Positions 17,993 to 35,992 of a DNA stretch of 64,000 nt are shown piece by piece. The position numbers and the translations under genes were made by a program. Source of the DNA: Lachnospiraceae bacterium UBA7110 (GTDB lineage Bacteria; Bacillota; Clostridia; Lachnospirales; Lachnospiraceae); contig DKYC01000132.1 in the NCBI GenBank assembly GCA_002492295.1, positions 6,085-70,084 of the forward strand, written 5' to 3'. The notes beneath the pieces were generated by a model. That model searched no databases and was not told where the DNA came from. It saw nothing but the letters and a program-made list of their open reading frames with translations. Position 1 is the stretch's first letter. Each line of letters opens with the position of its first letter.

Positions 17993-18499
17993 ATGAACAT
18001 TGTACTGTATCAGCCGGAAATTCCTGCAAACACAGGGAATATCGGGCGTACCTGTGTTGCGACGGGGAGTGTGCTGCATTTAATCGAGCCGCTTGGATTC
18101 CGGCTGACAGGCAGGGAACTGCGCCGTGCGGGAATGGATTACTGGGAGCACTTGGATGTGCGGAGGTATATGAATTTTGCGGAGTTTTTGGACAAAAATT
18201 TTACGGACAACCCTGACGCGAAGCTTTGGATGGCGACGACAAAGGCAAAAAAGGTGTATACGGAAGCGGTGTTTGGCGGACAGGACTTTATTATGTTCGG
18301 CAGGGAAAGTGCGGGTATTCCGGAGGAAATTCTTGTGGATTATGAGGACACCTGCATCCGCATTCCGATGCTCGATAAAATACGGAGTCTGAATTTGGCA
18401 AACAGTGTGGGCATTGTTTTGTATGAGTCGCTGCGGCAGCAGGGATTTCAAAATATGCAGATGGAAGGGGCGCTGCATCATAGGGAGTGGCGGTCATGA
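17993..18499 (+). CDS. trmL: tRNA (cytidine/uridine34-2'-O)-methyltransferase
   Basis: PEIPANTGNIGRTC, RRAGMDYW, FGRESAG, RSLNLAN (SPOUT). Confidence 0.93.
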   Translation: MNIVLYQPEIPANTGNIGRTCVATGSVLHLIEPLGFRLTGRELRRAGMDYWEHLDVRRYMNFAEFLDKNFTDNPDAKLWMATTKAKKVYTEAVFGGQDFIMFGRESAGIPEEILVDYEDTCIRIPMLDKIRSLNLANSVGIVLYESLRQQGFQNMQMEGALHHREWRS

Positions 18500-19080
18500 A
18501 CATGGATATTTATGAGATGGAAATAAAAGAGGGAAGAGACCTGATTTATGAGCTTGAAAAACTCCGGTGTATTCGCAAAAAGGGAAATGTGACGGTGAAA
18601 TGTGCGGAAAAGCAGAATAACTGGATGGAATACCTCAGACGCCAGTATCTTTTAGGGAACGATTTAAGAAAAGCATTTTATGAGGCAAGCAGCTATTATA
18701 TGTTTGTCGGTGACAATACGGTAGCGGTTTCGGCAATATATGATGTCTGTCATATTGTGTATTACCTGCGCGGGGAAATGGACTGGAAGCTGATTGAAGT
18801 GGAAATCCTGTCGCTTCCATACTGCATCAGTATGGATGAAATCTGTGATAAGGTTGCAGGGCGCGTGGAGGCAATTACACTTCTGATGCTTGCGGAGCTT
18901 TCCCATCAGTATGGATTCAGCAGGGTGTTTAAGCACGAGTCTCCGGAAAACCTAAGAAAGTTGTTCAAAGAGATTGTCAACAATAAAGTGCTGAACGAGA
19001 ATGATTTGAATTTGAGAACAAAGATTGCAAAGCTGATATCCAGGAACGGGATGCGGGAGGAATTTGTTACAAGGATTTAG
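18496..19080 (+). CDS. Hypothetical protein
   Basis: ORF overlapping the trmL stop and followed by a terminator; no family recognised. Confidence 0.65.
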   Translation: MNMDIYEMEIKEGRDLIYELEKLRCIRKKGNVTVKCAEKQNNWMEYLRRQYLLGNDLRKAFYEASSYYMFVGDNTVAVSAIYDVCHIVYYLRGEMDWKLIEVEILSLPYCISMDEICDKVAGRVEAITLLMLAELSHQYGFSRVFKHESPENLRKLFKEIVNNKVLNENDLNLRTKIAKLISRNGMREEFVTRI

Positions 19081-19100
19081 TACGAATATAGGAAAAGACG

Positions 19101-19134
19101 GCAAAAGGAACGCTGGGTCAGGCGTTCCTTTTGC
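19101..19134 (+). terminator. Intrinsic terminator
   Basis: GCAAAAGGAACGC / GCGTTCCTTTTGC perfect stem. Confidence 0.75.
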
Positions 19135-19156
19135 TGTATAAAGACAGACTTTATAT

Positions 19157-19255
19157 GTGAAATACTCCAATGCCAATATCCTGGCACAGGTAGGAGAATC
19201 TATGCTTGCGCAGGCGAATCAAAACAATCAGGCGGTGGTCAGCCTGCTTGGATAA
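19157..19255 (+). pseudogene. Flagellin C-terminal (D0) remnant
   Basis: Translates to VKYSNANILAQVGESMLAQANQNNQAVVSLLG*, the typical flagellin C-terminus. In-frame stop at 19139-19141 upstream, no RBS. Confidence 0.85.
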
Positions 19256-19267
19256 AAATGAAACACG

Positions 19268-19326
19268 AAAACAGGCATAAGGGAAACAGATGACATTGCG
19301 GTTTCCTTTATGCCTGTTTTATTTTT
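19268..19326 (+). terminator. Intrinsic terminator after the flagellin remnant
   Basis: AAAACAGGCATAAGGGAAAC / GTTTCCTTTATGCCTGTTTT stem followed by a T run. Confidence 0.8.
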
Positions 19327-19337
19327 CCATATTATGC

Positions 19338-19366
19338 TTGACCGTGCCCGTGCACGATGATATAGT
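19338..19366 (+). promoter_or_regulatory. sigmaA-type promoter for xylB
   Basis: TTGACC-N17-TATAGT with upstream TG. Confidence 0.6.
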
Positions 19367-19426
19367 TAAACTATGAATAACGGTTCGGAACAATAAAAAT
19401 TTAACAGTGAAAGGACGGGTGCGGAT

Positions 19427-20902
19427 ATGTATTATATTGGTGTGGATTTAGGAACGTCGGCGGTGAAGCTTCTTTTGATGGAGGGGAACGGAAAGATTGT
19501 GAATGTTGTGTCAAAGGAATACCCTCTTTATTTCCCGAATCCGGGTTGGAGTGAACAGAAGCCGGAGGACTGGTGGAGTGCGGTAAAGGACGGACTAAAG
19601 GATTTAACGGATTCCTTTGATAAGGCGCAGATTGCGGGAATCAGCTTCGGCGGCCAGATGCACGGGCTTGTCATTTTGGATAAGGATGACAATGTAATCC
19701 GTCCGGCTATTCTTTGGAATGACGGCAGGACGCAGGCGGAAACGGATTACCTGAACAATGAAATCGGGAAGGATAAGCTTTCCAGGTATACGGCAAATAT
19801 TGCATTTACGGGATTTACTGCACCAAAGATTTTGTGGGTAAAAAATAACGAGCCTGGGAATTTTGCTAAAATAGAAAAAATCATGCTTCCGAAAGACTAT
19901 ATTGCATATATGCTGACAGGGAGCTTTTGTACGGACGTGTCGGATGCTTCAGGTATGCTTTTGTTTGATGTGGAGCACAAGTGCTGGTCGAAGGAAATGA
20001 TAGAGATTTGCGGCATTCGGGAATCGCAGCTTGCGAAGATTTATGAGAGCTATGAGGCTGTTGGGACACTGAAACCGGATGTGGCGGAGAAACTTGGTTT
20101 CCCTGAGAGTGTCAAAGTGGCGGCGGGCGCAGGAGATAATGCGGCGGCGGCAATCGGAACCGGGACAGTCGGCGATGCAAGGTGCAATATTTCCCTTGGG
20201 ACAAGCGGTACGATTTTTATTTCCAGCAAGACCTTTGGTGTGGATAAGAACAATGCGCTGCACTCATTTGCCCACGCGGATGGCAGCTATCACCTGATGG
20301 GCTGTATGCTGAGTGCGGCGTCATGCAATAAATGGTGGATGGAGGAAATATTAAAGACGACGGATTTTGCAAAGGAGCAGGAGCCGATTACGGATGATAA
20401 GCTGGGGAATAATCATGTGTATTTCCTTCCGTATCTGATGGGTGAGCGCTCGCCGCACAATGACGCGAATGCGAGGGGGACATTTATCGGAATGACAATG
20501 GACTCTTCGAGGGCGGATATGTATCAGGCGGTTTTGGAGGGCGTTGCGTTTGCAATCCGTGATTCGTTTGAGGTGGCAAAGAGCCTTGGCATTGATATTA
20601 GGGCGTCGAAAATCTGCGGCGGAGGTGCGAAGAGCCCGCTTTGGAGAAAGATTTTTGCGAATGTTCTGAATATCCGTCTTGACATCATAGAGAGCGAGGA
20701 AGGTCCCGGATATGGCGGGGCGATTCTTGCGGCGGTGGCGTGCGGAGAGTATGCTTCGGTGCAGGAGGCAGCTGACAGGCTTGTGAAGGTGGTGGATACG
20801 GTAGAGCCGGACACGGAGATTGCAAAGCGGTACGAGGAGCGGTATCAGAAGTTTAAAAAAGTGTATCCGGCGGTGAAAGGAATCTTTGCGGAGATTCAAT
20901 AA
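19427..20902 (+). CDS. xylB: Xylulokinase (FGGY family)
   Basis: IGVDLGTSAVK, GQMHG, WNDGRT, TDVSDASG, GAGDNAAAAIG, YLMGERSPH. Confidence 0.93.
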   Translation: MYYIGVDLGTSAVKLLLMEGNGKIVNVVSKEYPLYFPNPGWSEQKPEDWWSAVKDGLKDLTDSFDKAQIAGISFGGQMHGLVILDKDDNVIRPAILWNDGRTQAETDYLNNEIGKDKLSRYTANIAFTGFTAPKILWVKNNEPGNFAKIEKIMLPKDYIAYMLTGSFCTDVSDASGMLLFDVEHKCWSKEMIEICGIRESQLAKIYESYEAVGTLKPDVAEKLGFPESVKVAAGAGDNAAAAIGTGTVGDARCNISLGTSGTIFISSKTFGVDKNNALHSFAHADGSYHLMGCMLSAASCNKWWMEEILKTTDFAKEQEPITDDKLGNNHVYFLPYLMGERSPHNDANARGTFIGMTMDSSRADMYQAVLEGVAFAIRDSFEVAKSLGIDIRASKICGGGAKSPLWRKIFANVLNIRLDIIESEEGPGYGGAILAAVACGEYASVQEAADRLVKVVDTVEPDTEIAKRYEERYQKFKKVYPAVKGIFAEIQ

Positions 20903-20925
20903 GAAGTTTGTACACCTCTCTTATA

Positions 20926-20954
20926 TTGACGCGATTAGGGGAATATGGTATCAT
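20926..20954 (+). promoter_or_regulatory. sigmaA-type promoter for the hybrid kinase
   Basis: TTGACG-N17-TATCAT. Confidence 0.5.
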
Positions 20955-21011
20955 GATATTTACAGGCGCAGTGACAGAGAATGCAAAGCGGTTGATATGG
21001 AGGGCGGGCGT

Positions 21012-23597
21012 ATGGATTATTCAAAAAAACTTCTTGAACGGACTGGCGAAAACGTTTCGGCCAATGCAAACCGTGGGCAGCATAATGATATGAAAAATGT
21101 TCAGAATTTGGAGGCTGTCATCAATGAGGGGCTTCGTGTCGCCCTGCAGGAGGAGATGCCGGACCGGACACTGGAGGTGCTGCTGGAGCATTTGGGAAAA
21201 GCGCTGAATGGGGACCGTACTTATATATTTGAGCAGAATGAATCCGGCGGCGATGATAACACTTATGAATGGGTGGCTGACGGGGTGGAACCGGAAAAAG
21301 AGAATCTTCAGGATGTACCTCCTGAGGTATGTGCGTCCTGGTATCGGAATTTCAGTATTGGCAGGCACATTGTTATTGGATGCCTGGAAGATATTCAGGA
21401 GACGGACCCTTTGCAATATGAAAATTTGAAAAGACAGGACATACATTCCCTTGTGGTTGTTCCTCTTTATAATGGTGAAAAGATTATAGGCTTTTACGGT
21501 GTGGACAATCCTCCCGTGAAGTCGTTGGAATACGCATCAAATATGCTTCAGACGGCGGCATATTTTATTGTATCTTCCTTAAGACAGCGTAATTTGGTTC
21601 GTGAACTGCAAAAACGGAGCCATAAGGTTCTTCATGCCCTAAGCGTTGATTATCTGGGTATATATCAGGTGAATTTTGATACAGGTGAATACGAAATATA
21701 CCGCAACAGCAAGCGATTGGACATGGATTGGGGCGTTGCGCTTGCGGATGGCTATCAGGCAGCTATGGAACGGTATATCTCCCGGTATGTGGTTGCCCGC
21801 GATCAGGAACGGCTTCGCGCCATGACGAAAAAGAATTATGTACTTTCCCAGCTTAGGACAAAAAAGAAGTTTTCTGTCCGGTATCAGGTAAAAGACATCG
21901 CCTCAGGGTTAAAGCATATGGAGATTCATTTTTCCATTGCGGAAAAGACGGGTGAGGGTAACTCTGCAATTTTTGCCCAAAGGGATGTCAATGCAGTGGT
22001 GGATCAGGAAGAAAAGAATAAGCTGGAAGCAAGGCGGAGCCTTGAGGATATTTTAGAGGGGGCAAAAACCGGAATTTGGACGATTGAGCTTGAGGAGGGC
22101 TGTCAGCCAAGGATGTATGCGGACCGGACCATGCGGATTCTTTTGGGAGTGCCGGATGACATCGAACCGGAGGCATGTTACCGGCATTGGTTTGAAAATA
22201 TTGAATCGGATTATGTGGAAATGGTGCAGGAGGCTGTGAAGGAGATATTGGAGAACGGGCGCTCCGAGGTCATTTACCCGTGGAATCATCCCGAGCTTGG
22301 GAAAATATATGTCCGCTGCGGCGGTGTCCCGGACAAAGCATTCAAAAAAACGGGCGTCTGCCTGAGCGGATACCATCAGGATATCACGGAAATTACGGTG
22401 GCGAGGAAGAAGCAGGAGCAGGCAATTATGGAGCTGCTGGAGAAAGTGAGACGGGCAAATTCAGCAAAAAGCGAATTCCTTTCCCATATGTCGCACGATC
22501 TTAGGACTCCTATCAACGGTATTTTAGGAATGCTTGCAATTATGGAAAAAATCGAGGATGATCCCGAGCAGCAGAAAACATGCCGAAAAAAAATCCGTGT
22601 GGCAACGGAGCATTTGCTGTCTTTGGTCAATGATGTTCTTCAGGTCAGCAAGCTGGAGAGCGGAAGACCTGCGGAGGTTGAGGAACCTTTTGAACTTCAC
22701 GATGCATTGGATGACTGTATTACGATTTTGTCCGCCCGGGCGCAGGAACAGGGAATCCGGCTGGTGCTTGAGGAGGTTGACCTGCAGCATGGCAGACTGA
22801 TTGGAAATCCGCTGCACTTAAGACAGATACTGATGAATGTCATTGATAATGCCATTAAATATAATCACCCTAATGGCTCCGTGTTTGTCCAGGCGAGGGA
22901 GATTGCATGCAAAGACGGGATTGCGGAATACCGATTCGTGATTGAAGATACAGGAATTGGAATTGGGGAAGAATTTAAAAAACACATTTTTGAACCGTTT
23001 ACCCAGGAGCAGCAGGGTGCAAGAACGCACTATAATGGCGTTGGACTTGGCATGTCTATTGTGAAGAAGCTGATAGATCAAATGAAAGGGACGATTGAGA
23101 TAGAGAGCCAGGTTGGCGAGGGAAGCGTGGTTCGGATAATGCTGCCTATCCGGGTTGATGAAGCGTGGAGTGCGCAGCCCGTGGATGAGGAGCGGAATTT
23201 CCAAAGCAGTATTGCCGGAATGCGGATTCTTTTGGTGGAGGACAATGAAATCAATTGTGAAATTGTAGAGTTCATGCTGAAGGATGTCGGTGCGGAGGTT
23301 GTAACTGCAAATGACGGAAAAGCTGCTGTTGATGCGTTTGCGGCATCCGATCCGGGAACATTTGACTGTGTGCTCATGGACCTGATGATGCCTGTTATGA
23401 GCGGATATGAGGCGACCCGTGTGATTCGCAGTCTGGATCGGCCGGATGCAAAAGACGTACCTATCATAGCGTTGTCGGCGAACGCATTTGAGGAGGATGT
23501 TACAATGGCAAAGGATGCCGGGATGAATGATCATTTGGCGAAGCCTGTGGACATCAATAAAATGTTTAAGGTAATAAGCCGGCTGAAACACCGATAG
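21012..23597 (+). CDS. Cytoplasmic hybrid sensor histidine kinase (GAF-PAS-PAS-HisKA-HATPase-REC)
   Basis: H-box FLSHMSHDLRTPINGI; NVIDNAIKY; DTGIGI; GVGLGMSIVK; receiver LLVEDN...DCVLMDLMMP; no TM helix. Start could be 20997. Confidence 0.92.
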   Translation: MDYSKKLLERTGENVSANANRGQHNDMKNVQNLEAVINEGLRVALQEEMPDRTLEVLLEHLGKALNGDRTYIFEQNESGGDDNTYEWVADGVEPEKENLQDVPPEVCASWYRNFSIGRHIVIGCLEDIQETDPLQYENLKRQDIHSLVVVPLYNGEKIIGFYGVDNPPVKSLEYASNMLQTAAYFIVSSLRQRNLVRELQKRSHKVLHALSVDYLGIYQVNFDTGEYEIYRNSKRLDMDWGVALADGYQAAMERYISRYVVARDQERLRAMTKKNYVLSQLRTKKKFSVRYQVKDIASGLKHMEIHFSIAEKTGEGNSAIFAQRDVNAVVDQEEKNKLEARRSLEDILEGAKTGIWTIELEEGCQPRMYADRTMRILLGVPDDIEPEACYRHWFENIESDYVEMVQEAVKEILENGRSEVIYPWNHPELGKIYVRCGGVPDKAFKKTGVCLSGYHQDITEITVARKKQEQAIMELLEKVRRANSAKSEFLSHMSHDLRTPINGILGMLAIMEKIEDDPEQQKTCRKKIRVATEHLLSLVNDVLQVSKLESGRPAEVEEPFELHDALDDCITILSARAQEQGIRLVLEEVDLQHGRLIGNPLHLRQILMNVIDNAIKYNHPNGSVFVQAREIACKDGIAEYRFVIEDTGIGIGEEFKKHIFEPFTQEQQGARTHYNGVGLGMSIVKKLIDQMKGTIEIESQVGEGSVVRIMLPIRVDEAWSAQPVDEERNFQSSIAGMRILLVEDNEINCEIVEFMLKDVGAEVVTANDGKAAVDAFAASDPGTFDCVLMDLMMPVMSGYEATRVIRSLDRPDAKDVPIIALSANAFEEDVTMAKDAGMNDHLAKPVDINKMFKVISRLKHR

Positions 23598-23970
23598 GGG
23601 CTTATATAAAGAATAGAAGTTTAAGAAAATTATAAATTAGCTCAAAACCTTGTTGAGGATAATATACTGATATTGACTTTAGTCGATACCGGAGCGCATG
23701 CGGATTTGTTTCCGTGAATGTTGCTTTGGAGAGTGGCAGAATAGACAGGAAGTTGACGGGAAATTCAAAAGTGGATATTGAATCATACAAAAGTCCGGAA
23801 GGCATTCGCTGAAAATGTGGGTGTCTTTCGTTTTTTTGTTATAGGAAATTATAAGCTTTGCGGCGCCGTTCGGGGAAATAACCGAATATAAAGTAAAAAC
23901 CTTCAAAAAATGTGCAGTTTCACGCAAAATAAAATAAAGTTGTAGAAAGTTTTTTATAAAAAATTTATAA

Positions 23971-32700
<8,730 letters not shown>

Positions 32701-32709
32701 GGATAAACT

Positions 32710-32742
32710 AACGGGGCAGGAGCGCAAACTTCTGCCCCGTTT
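32710..32742 (+). terminator. Intrinsic terminator after the GH53 gene
   Basis: AACGGGGCAGGAG / CTTCTGCCCCGTT stem. Confidence 0.7.
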
Positions 32743-32766
32743 GCCATCGGGTAAGTCTTTGGGTGG

Positions 32767-32795
32767 TTGACTAAGCGGAGCTTTTTGGGTATAAT
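32767..32795 (+). promoter_or_regulatory. sigmaA promoter for ispE
   Basis: TTGACT-N17-TATAAT. Confidence 0.75.
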
Positions 32796-32836
32796 CAAAT
32801 AAATTGTACTGGAAAAAATACAAAAAGGGGAGCGGA

Positions 32837-33724
32837 ATGGATTCATTAAATTATAAGGCAAGAGCTAAAATAAACTTAGGTTTAGACGTTTGCAGACGGC
32901 TGGAAAACGGTTATCATGAAGTAAAAATGATTATGCAGACCATTGATTTGTATGATGAGCTGGTTTTAAGAAAAAGACAGGAACCGGATATCGTGCTGTT
33001 GATTAACAGTGTGGACAACCTCGGAAAACCTGAGGACAATTTGATTTATAAAGCGGTAAAATGTATGCGGGAACGTTATCATATCGAACAGGGAATCGAA
33101 GTAAGCCTGAAAAAGAATATCCCTGTGGCGGCAGGAATGGCGGGAGGCAGCACGGACGCGGCGGGCGTTATGCTTGCCATCAATGAGATGTTTGCGCTTG
33201 GAAGCAGCAGGGAGGAGCTGATGGAGCTTGCCCTGCCGCTTGGCGCCGATATTCCATTCTGTATTATGGGCGGTACGGCGCTTGCGGAGGGAATCGGTGA
33301 AAAACTAACGCCGCTGCCAAAGCCGCCCCATGCGGATATTGTGGTGGTAAAGCCGCCGATTATGGTGTCAACGAAAAAAGTATACCAGAGCCTTGATTTG
33401 GGGAAAATGGAAACACACCCCGATATTGACGGTATGGTAAAGGCGCTTGCGGACGGCGATCTGAAAGGGATTACACAACGCATGGAAAATGTGATGGAGA
33501 CTGTTACGGAGAAGGAATTTCCAATTATCACGGATATTAAGAAAATGCTGACGGGCAACGGTGCGCTGGGTGCAATGATGAGTGGGAGCGGACCAAGCAT
33601 TTTTGGCGTATTCCAGGATACCGCGACAGCCGCTGACGCAGCGGAATATGTGCGCAGGACACTGGAACAAAAGGGTATTTATGCGCAGATCCATGTCACG
33701 ACATTTTACAATCAACAGGAGTAA
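32837..33724 (+). CDS. ispE: 4-diphosphocytidyl-2-C-methyl-D-erythritol kinase
   Basis: AKINLGLDV, KNIPVAAGMAGGSTDAA, LGADIPF, MMSGSGPS. Confidence 0.96.
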   Translation: MDSLNYKARAKINLGLDVCRRLENGYHEVKMIMQTIDLYDELVLRKRQEPDIVLLINSVDNLGKPEDNLIYKAVKCMRERYHIEQGIEVSLKKNIPVAAGMAGGSTDAAGVMLAINEMFALGSSREELMELALPLGADIPFCIMGGTALAEGIGEKLTPLPKPPHADIVVVKPPIMVSTKKVYQSLDLGKMETHPDIDGMVKALADGDLKGITQRMENVMETVTEKEFPIITDIKKMLTGNGALGAMMSGSGPSIFGVFQDTATAADAAEYVRRTLEQKGIYAQIHVTTFYNQQE

Positions 33725-33743
33725 GAGGGAAAGGAGAGAATGT

Positions 33744-34427
33744 ATGAGCATGATTATGGACGACGAGTATCTGCCGCTTCGGGATGTGGTGTTTAACACA
33801 CTGAGGCAGGAAATACTCACAGGGAAATTGAAGCCGGGCGAACGACTGATGGAGATACATCTTGCAAACAAGCTCGGCGTAAGCCGTACGCCCATAAGAG
33901 AAGCAATCAGAAAACTTGAACTGGAAGGGCTTGTGATTATGATACCGCGCAGAGGTGCGGAAGTCGCGCAGATTTCATGGAAAAGTTTAAAGGATGTACT
34001 TGAGGTGCGCAGCGCGCTTGATGCGCTTGCGATAGAGCTTGCCTGTGAACGTATGGGGCAGGAGGAGCTGGAGCTTCTTTACAAAGCATGTGAGTGCTTT
34101 GAGGAGGCGACAAAGACAAAGGATACGAGGCAGATTGCAGAGGCGGACGTGGCGTTTCATGATATCATTGTTGCATCAACAGGAAATAAGAGGTTAATTC
34201 AGCTTGTGAACAATTTGTCCGAACAAATGTACCGGTACCGCTTTGAATATATCAAGGATGACAGTCAGCACCAAGTGCTTGTGCAGGAGCACAAGGAGAT
34301 GTACAGATGTATCCAAAGCAAGGATAAAAAAGCGGCTGCGTGTGTGGCAAAGAAGCATATTGACAATCAGGAAGAGGCGATTATCAGGCAGCTGCAGCTT
34401 GAAAAAGTGGAAAAAAGGCATCGGTAG
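33744..34427 (+). CDS. GntR-family (FadR/FCD) transcriptional regulator
   Basis: PGERLMEIHLANKLGVSRTPIREA; FCD-type ADVAFHDII. Confidence 0.93.
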   Translation: MSMIMDDEYLPLRDVVFNTLRQEILTGKLKPGERLMEIHLANKLGVSRTPIREAIRKLELEGLVIMIPRRGAEVAQISWKSLKDVLEVRSALDALAIELACERMGQEELELLYKACECFEEATKTKDTRQIAEADVAFHDIIVASTGNKRLIQLVNNLSEQMYRYRFEYIKDDSQHQVLVQEHKEMYRCIQSKDKKAAACVAKKHIDNQEEAIIRQLQLEKVEKRHR

Positions 34428-34491
34428 TGAATAAACTGCCAAAAGCCGTCCATACTCCATGGTAGAAAACCTGTTGAGGAGGTATGGATAA

Positions 34492-34728
34492 ATGCGGAAT
34501 ATGTTATTGATGCTTGGAGTAGTGCTTTGGATTGGCGCGCTTTCCCCGGAGATATTTATTGATGTGGCTGACGGCTGCATTTTTGATGAGGCGGGAAACG
34601 AACTGAACCGCGAAGAAGCGCAGGAGTTTATGGAATCATATTTTTACAGTAATCAGACAGACGGCGGGGAGGGTCCGAAGCTGGAGTTTAAGCTTGGAAT
34701 TGCGAAGCTGTTTGGCAAAAGGGAATAA
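34492..34728 (+). CDS. Small membrane/secreted hypothetical protein, possibly related to the SpoIIR C-terminus
   Basis: 78-aa ORF with GGAGG RBS and hydrophobic N-terminus; lies downstream of ispE-GntR. Confidence 0.7.
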   Translation: MRNMLLMLGVVLWIGALSPEIFIDVADGCIFDEAGNELNREEAQEFMESYFYSNQTDGGEGPKLEFKLGIAKLFGKRE

Positions 34729-34752
34729 GGAGTGGCCAAAGGGAGGTTAACT

Positions 34753-35235
34753 ATGACAAAAGATGTGCTGGTGTCCGTTAAGGGGCTGCAGTTTGCGGAT
34801 ATTGACGTGAGGGAGACGGCAAGTGACGAGGAGCTTGACAGCATAGAAACGATTTGCCCCGGTGAGTATTATTTTAAGAATGAAGGGCATTTTATCGTTT
34901 ATGAAGAGCTTGTGGACGGGTTTGCAGGCGCTATTAAAAATATGATAAAGTTAAGGGACAGAGAGTTTACGATTTCCAAAAAAGGTCCCGTGAATGTACA
35001 GATGGTGTTTTCTGAGGGAAAGAAAACGATGGCGGATTATCATACTCCTTTCGGAAACATTATGGTTGCGCTTGACACGAGAAAAGTCGAAACGCAGGAA
35101 ACAGAGGATAATATCAGTATCTCAATCGAATACGGACTTGAGGCGAATTACCAGTTTATTGCGGACTGCAATATCGCGGTACATATCACATCAAGGAATG
35201 CCGTCCTGCGGCAGGATAAAAGCCAGACCATGTAA
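34753..35235 (+). CDS. DUF1934/YwiB-family protein
   Basis: All-beta pattern: GEYYFK..HFIVYEE, MVFSEGKKT..YHTPFG, Y.LEAN. Confidence 0.75.
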   Translation: MTKDVLVSVKGLQFADIDVRETASDEELDSIETICPGEYYFKNEGHFIVYEELVDGFAGAIKNMIKLRDREFTISKKGPVNVQMVFSEGKKTMADYHTPFGNIMVALDTRKVETQETEDNISISIEYGLEANYQFIADCNIAVHITSRNAVLRQDKSQTM

Positions 35236-35250
35236 ACCGGTCTGGCTTTT
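35218..35250. terminator. Bidirectional terminator
   Basis: AAAAGCCAGACC / GGTCTGGCTTTT. Confidence 0.7.
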
Positions 35251-35281
35251 AGAAAGGAGAAAAAGCTGCTAAAATACAAAT

Positions 35282-35992
35282 TTACAGGATGGGCTCCTGC
35301 GGATTATCCTTTCGCGCCTCATCAAGGAGATGCTTCATGCGCCGTTCCATCTCGGAAAGTTCGGCAGAGTAATTTTGGAATGCGTCCGTTGTTTCCTCGG
35401 AAGTTTCCCCTTTGTAACAGATACGGTGCTCCATACTTGCCCATAAATCCATCGCAAGTGTGCGGAACTGGATTTCCACAGGATAGTACTGCATTCCTTC
35501 AATGCGGTATACCGGTACGCCAAGCACCATATGGTAGCTTTTGTATCCGCTGCTTTTCGGATAATGGATATAATCACTTTCCTTTAAAATCAATAAATCG
35601 GTTTGGGTTCTTACCAAAGAAAGAATGTTGAAAATATCTTCCACGAAATAACAGATGACACGGATTCCCGCAATATCAGTTAAATTATCCTTGGCAGTGT
35701 ATGCCGTAACCGGAAGATTCCGGAACGATAGTTTTTTCTCAATGCTCTTTCTGCTTTTGATGCGAGCCTGTATATTATGTATTGGGTAGTCGCGGTATTT
35801 TTTTCTGTAATCTTCATTCAAACCGTTCATGCGGACCTCAAGGCGTGTCATTGCCTCTTTGTAAGGCTCTACCAGCTGATCGTATTCCTCTTGGGAGATA
35901 CGCTCGGTTTTCGTGGAGGCGGCTACAAAGGAAAGTGCGGTATTTACTTCTTTTATCAACTCTGACGAGTAATCATTTTTCCTTGCTATCAA
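35282..35992 (-). CDS. Small alarmone synthetase (RelP/RelQ-like GTP pyrophosphokinase)
   Basis: ARIKS..SI..K, DIAGIRVIC, GYKSYH, EIQFRT.AMD.WAS.EH..CYK. Confidence 0.92.
   Translation of the reverse strand: MIARKNDYSSELIKEVNTALSFVAASTKTERISQEEYDQLVEPYKEAMTRLEVRMNGLNEDYRKKYRDYPIHNIQARIKSRKSIEKKLSFRNLPVTAYTAKDNLTDIAGIRVICYFVEDIFNILSLVRTQTDLLILKESDYIHYPKSSGYKSYHMVLGVPVYRIEGMQYYPVEIQFRTLAMDLWASMEHRICYKGETSEETTDAFQNYSAELSEMERRMKHLLDEARKDNPQEPIL

Noticed and set aside
20910-20925. CTCTCTTATA resembling the Tn5 mosaic end / Nextera adapter
   Set aside because: Only a partial match; the full 19-bp sequence is absent.
20886-21011. Longer N-terminus of the hybrid kinase given in the ORF track
   Set aside because: It overlaps the xylB end and the kinase's own promoter; the RBS supports a start at 21012 (or 20997).
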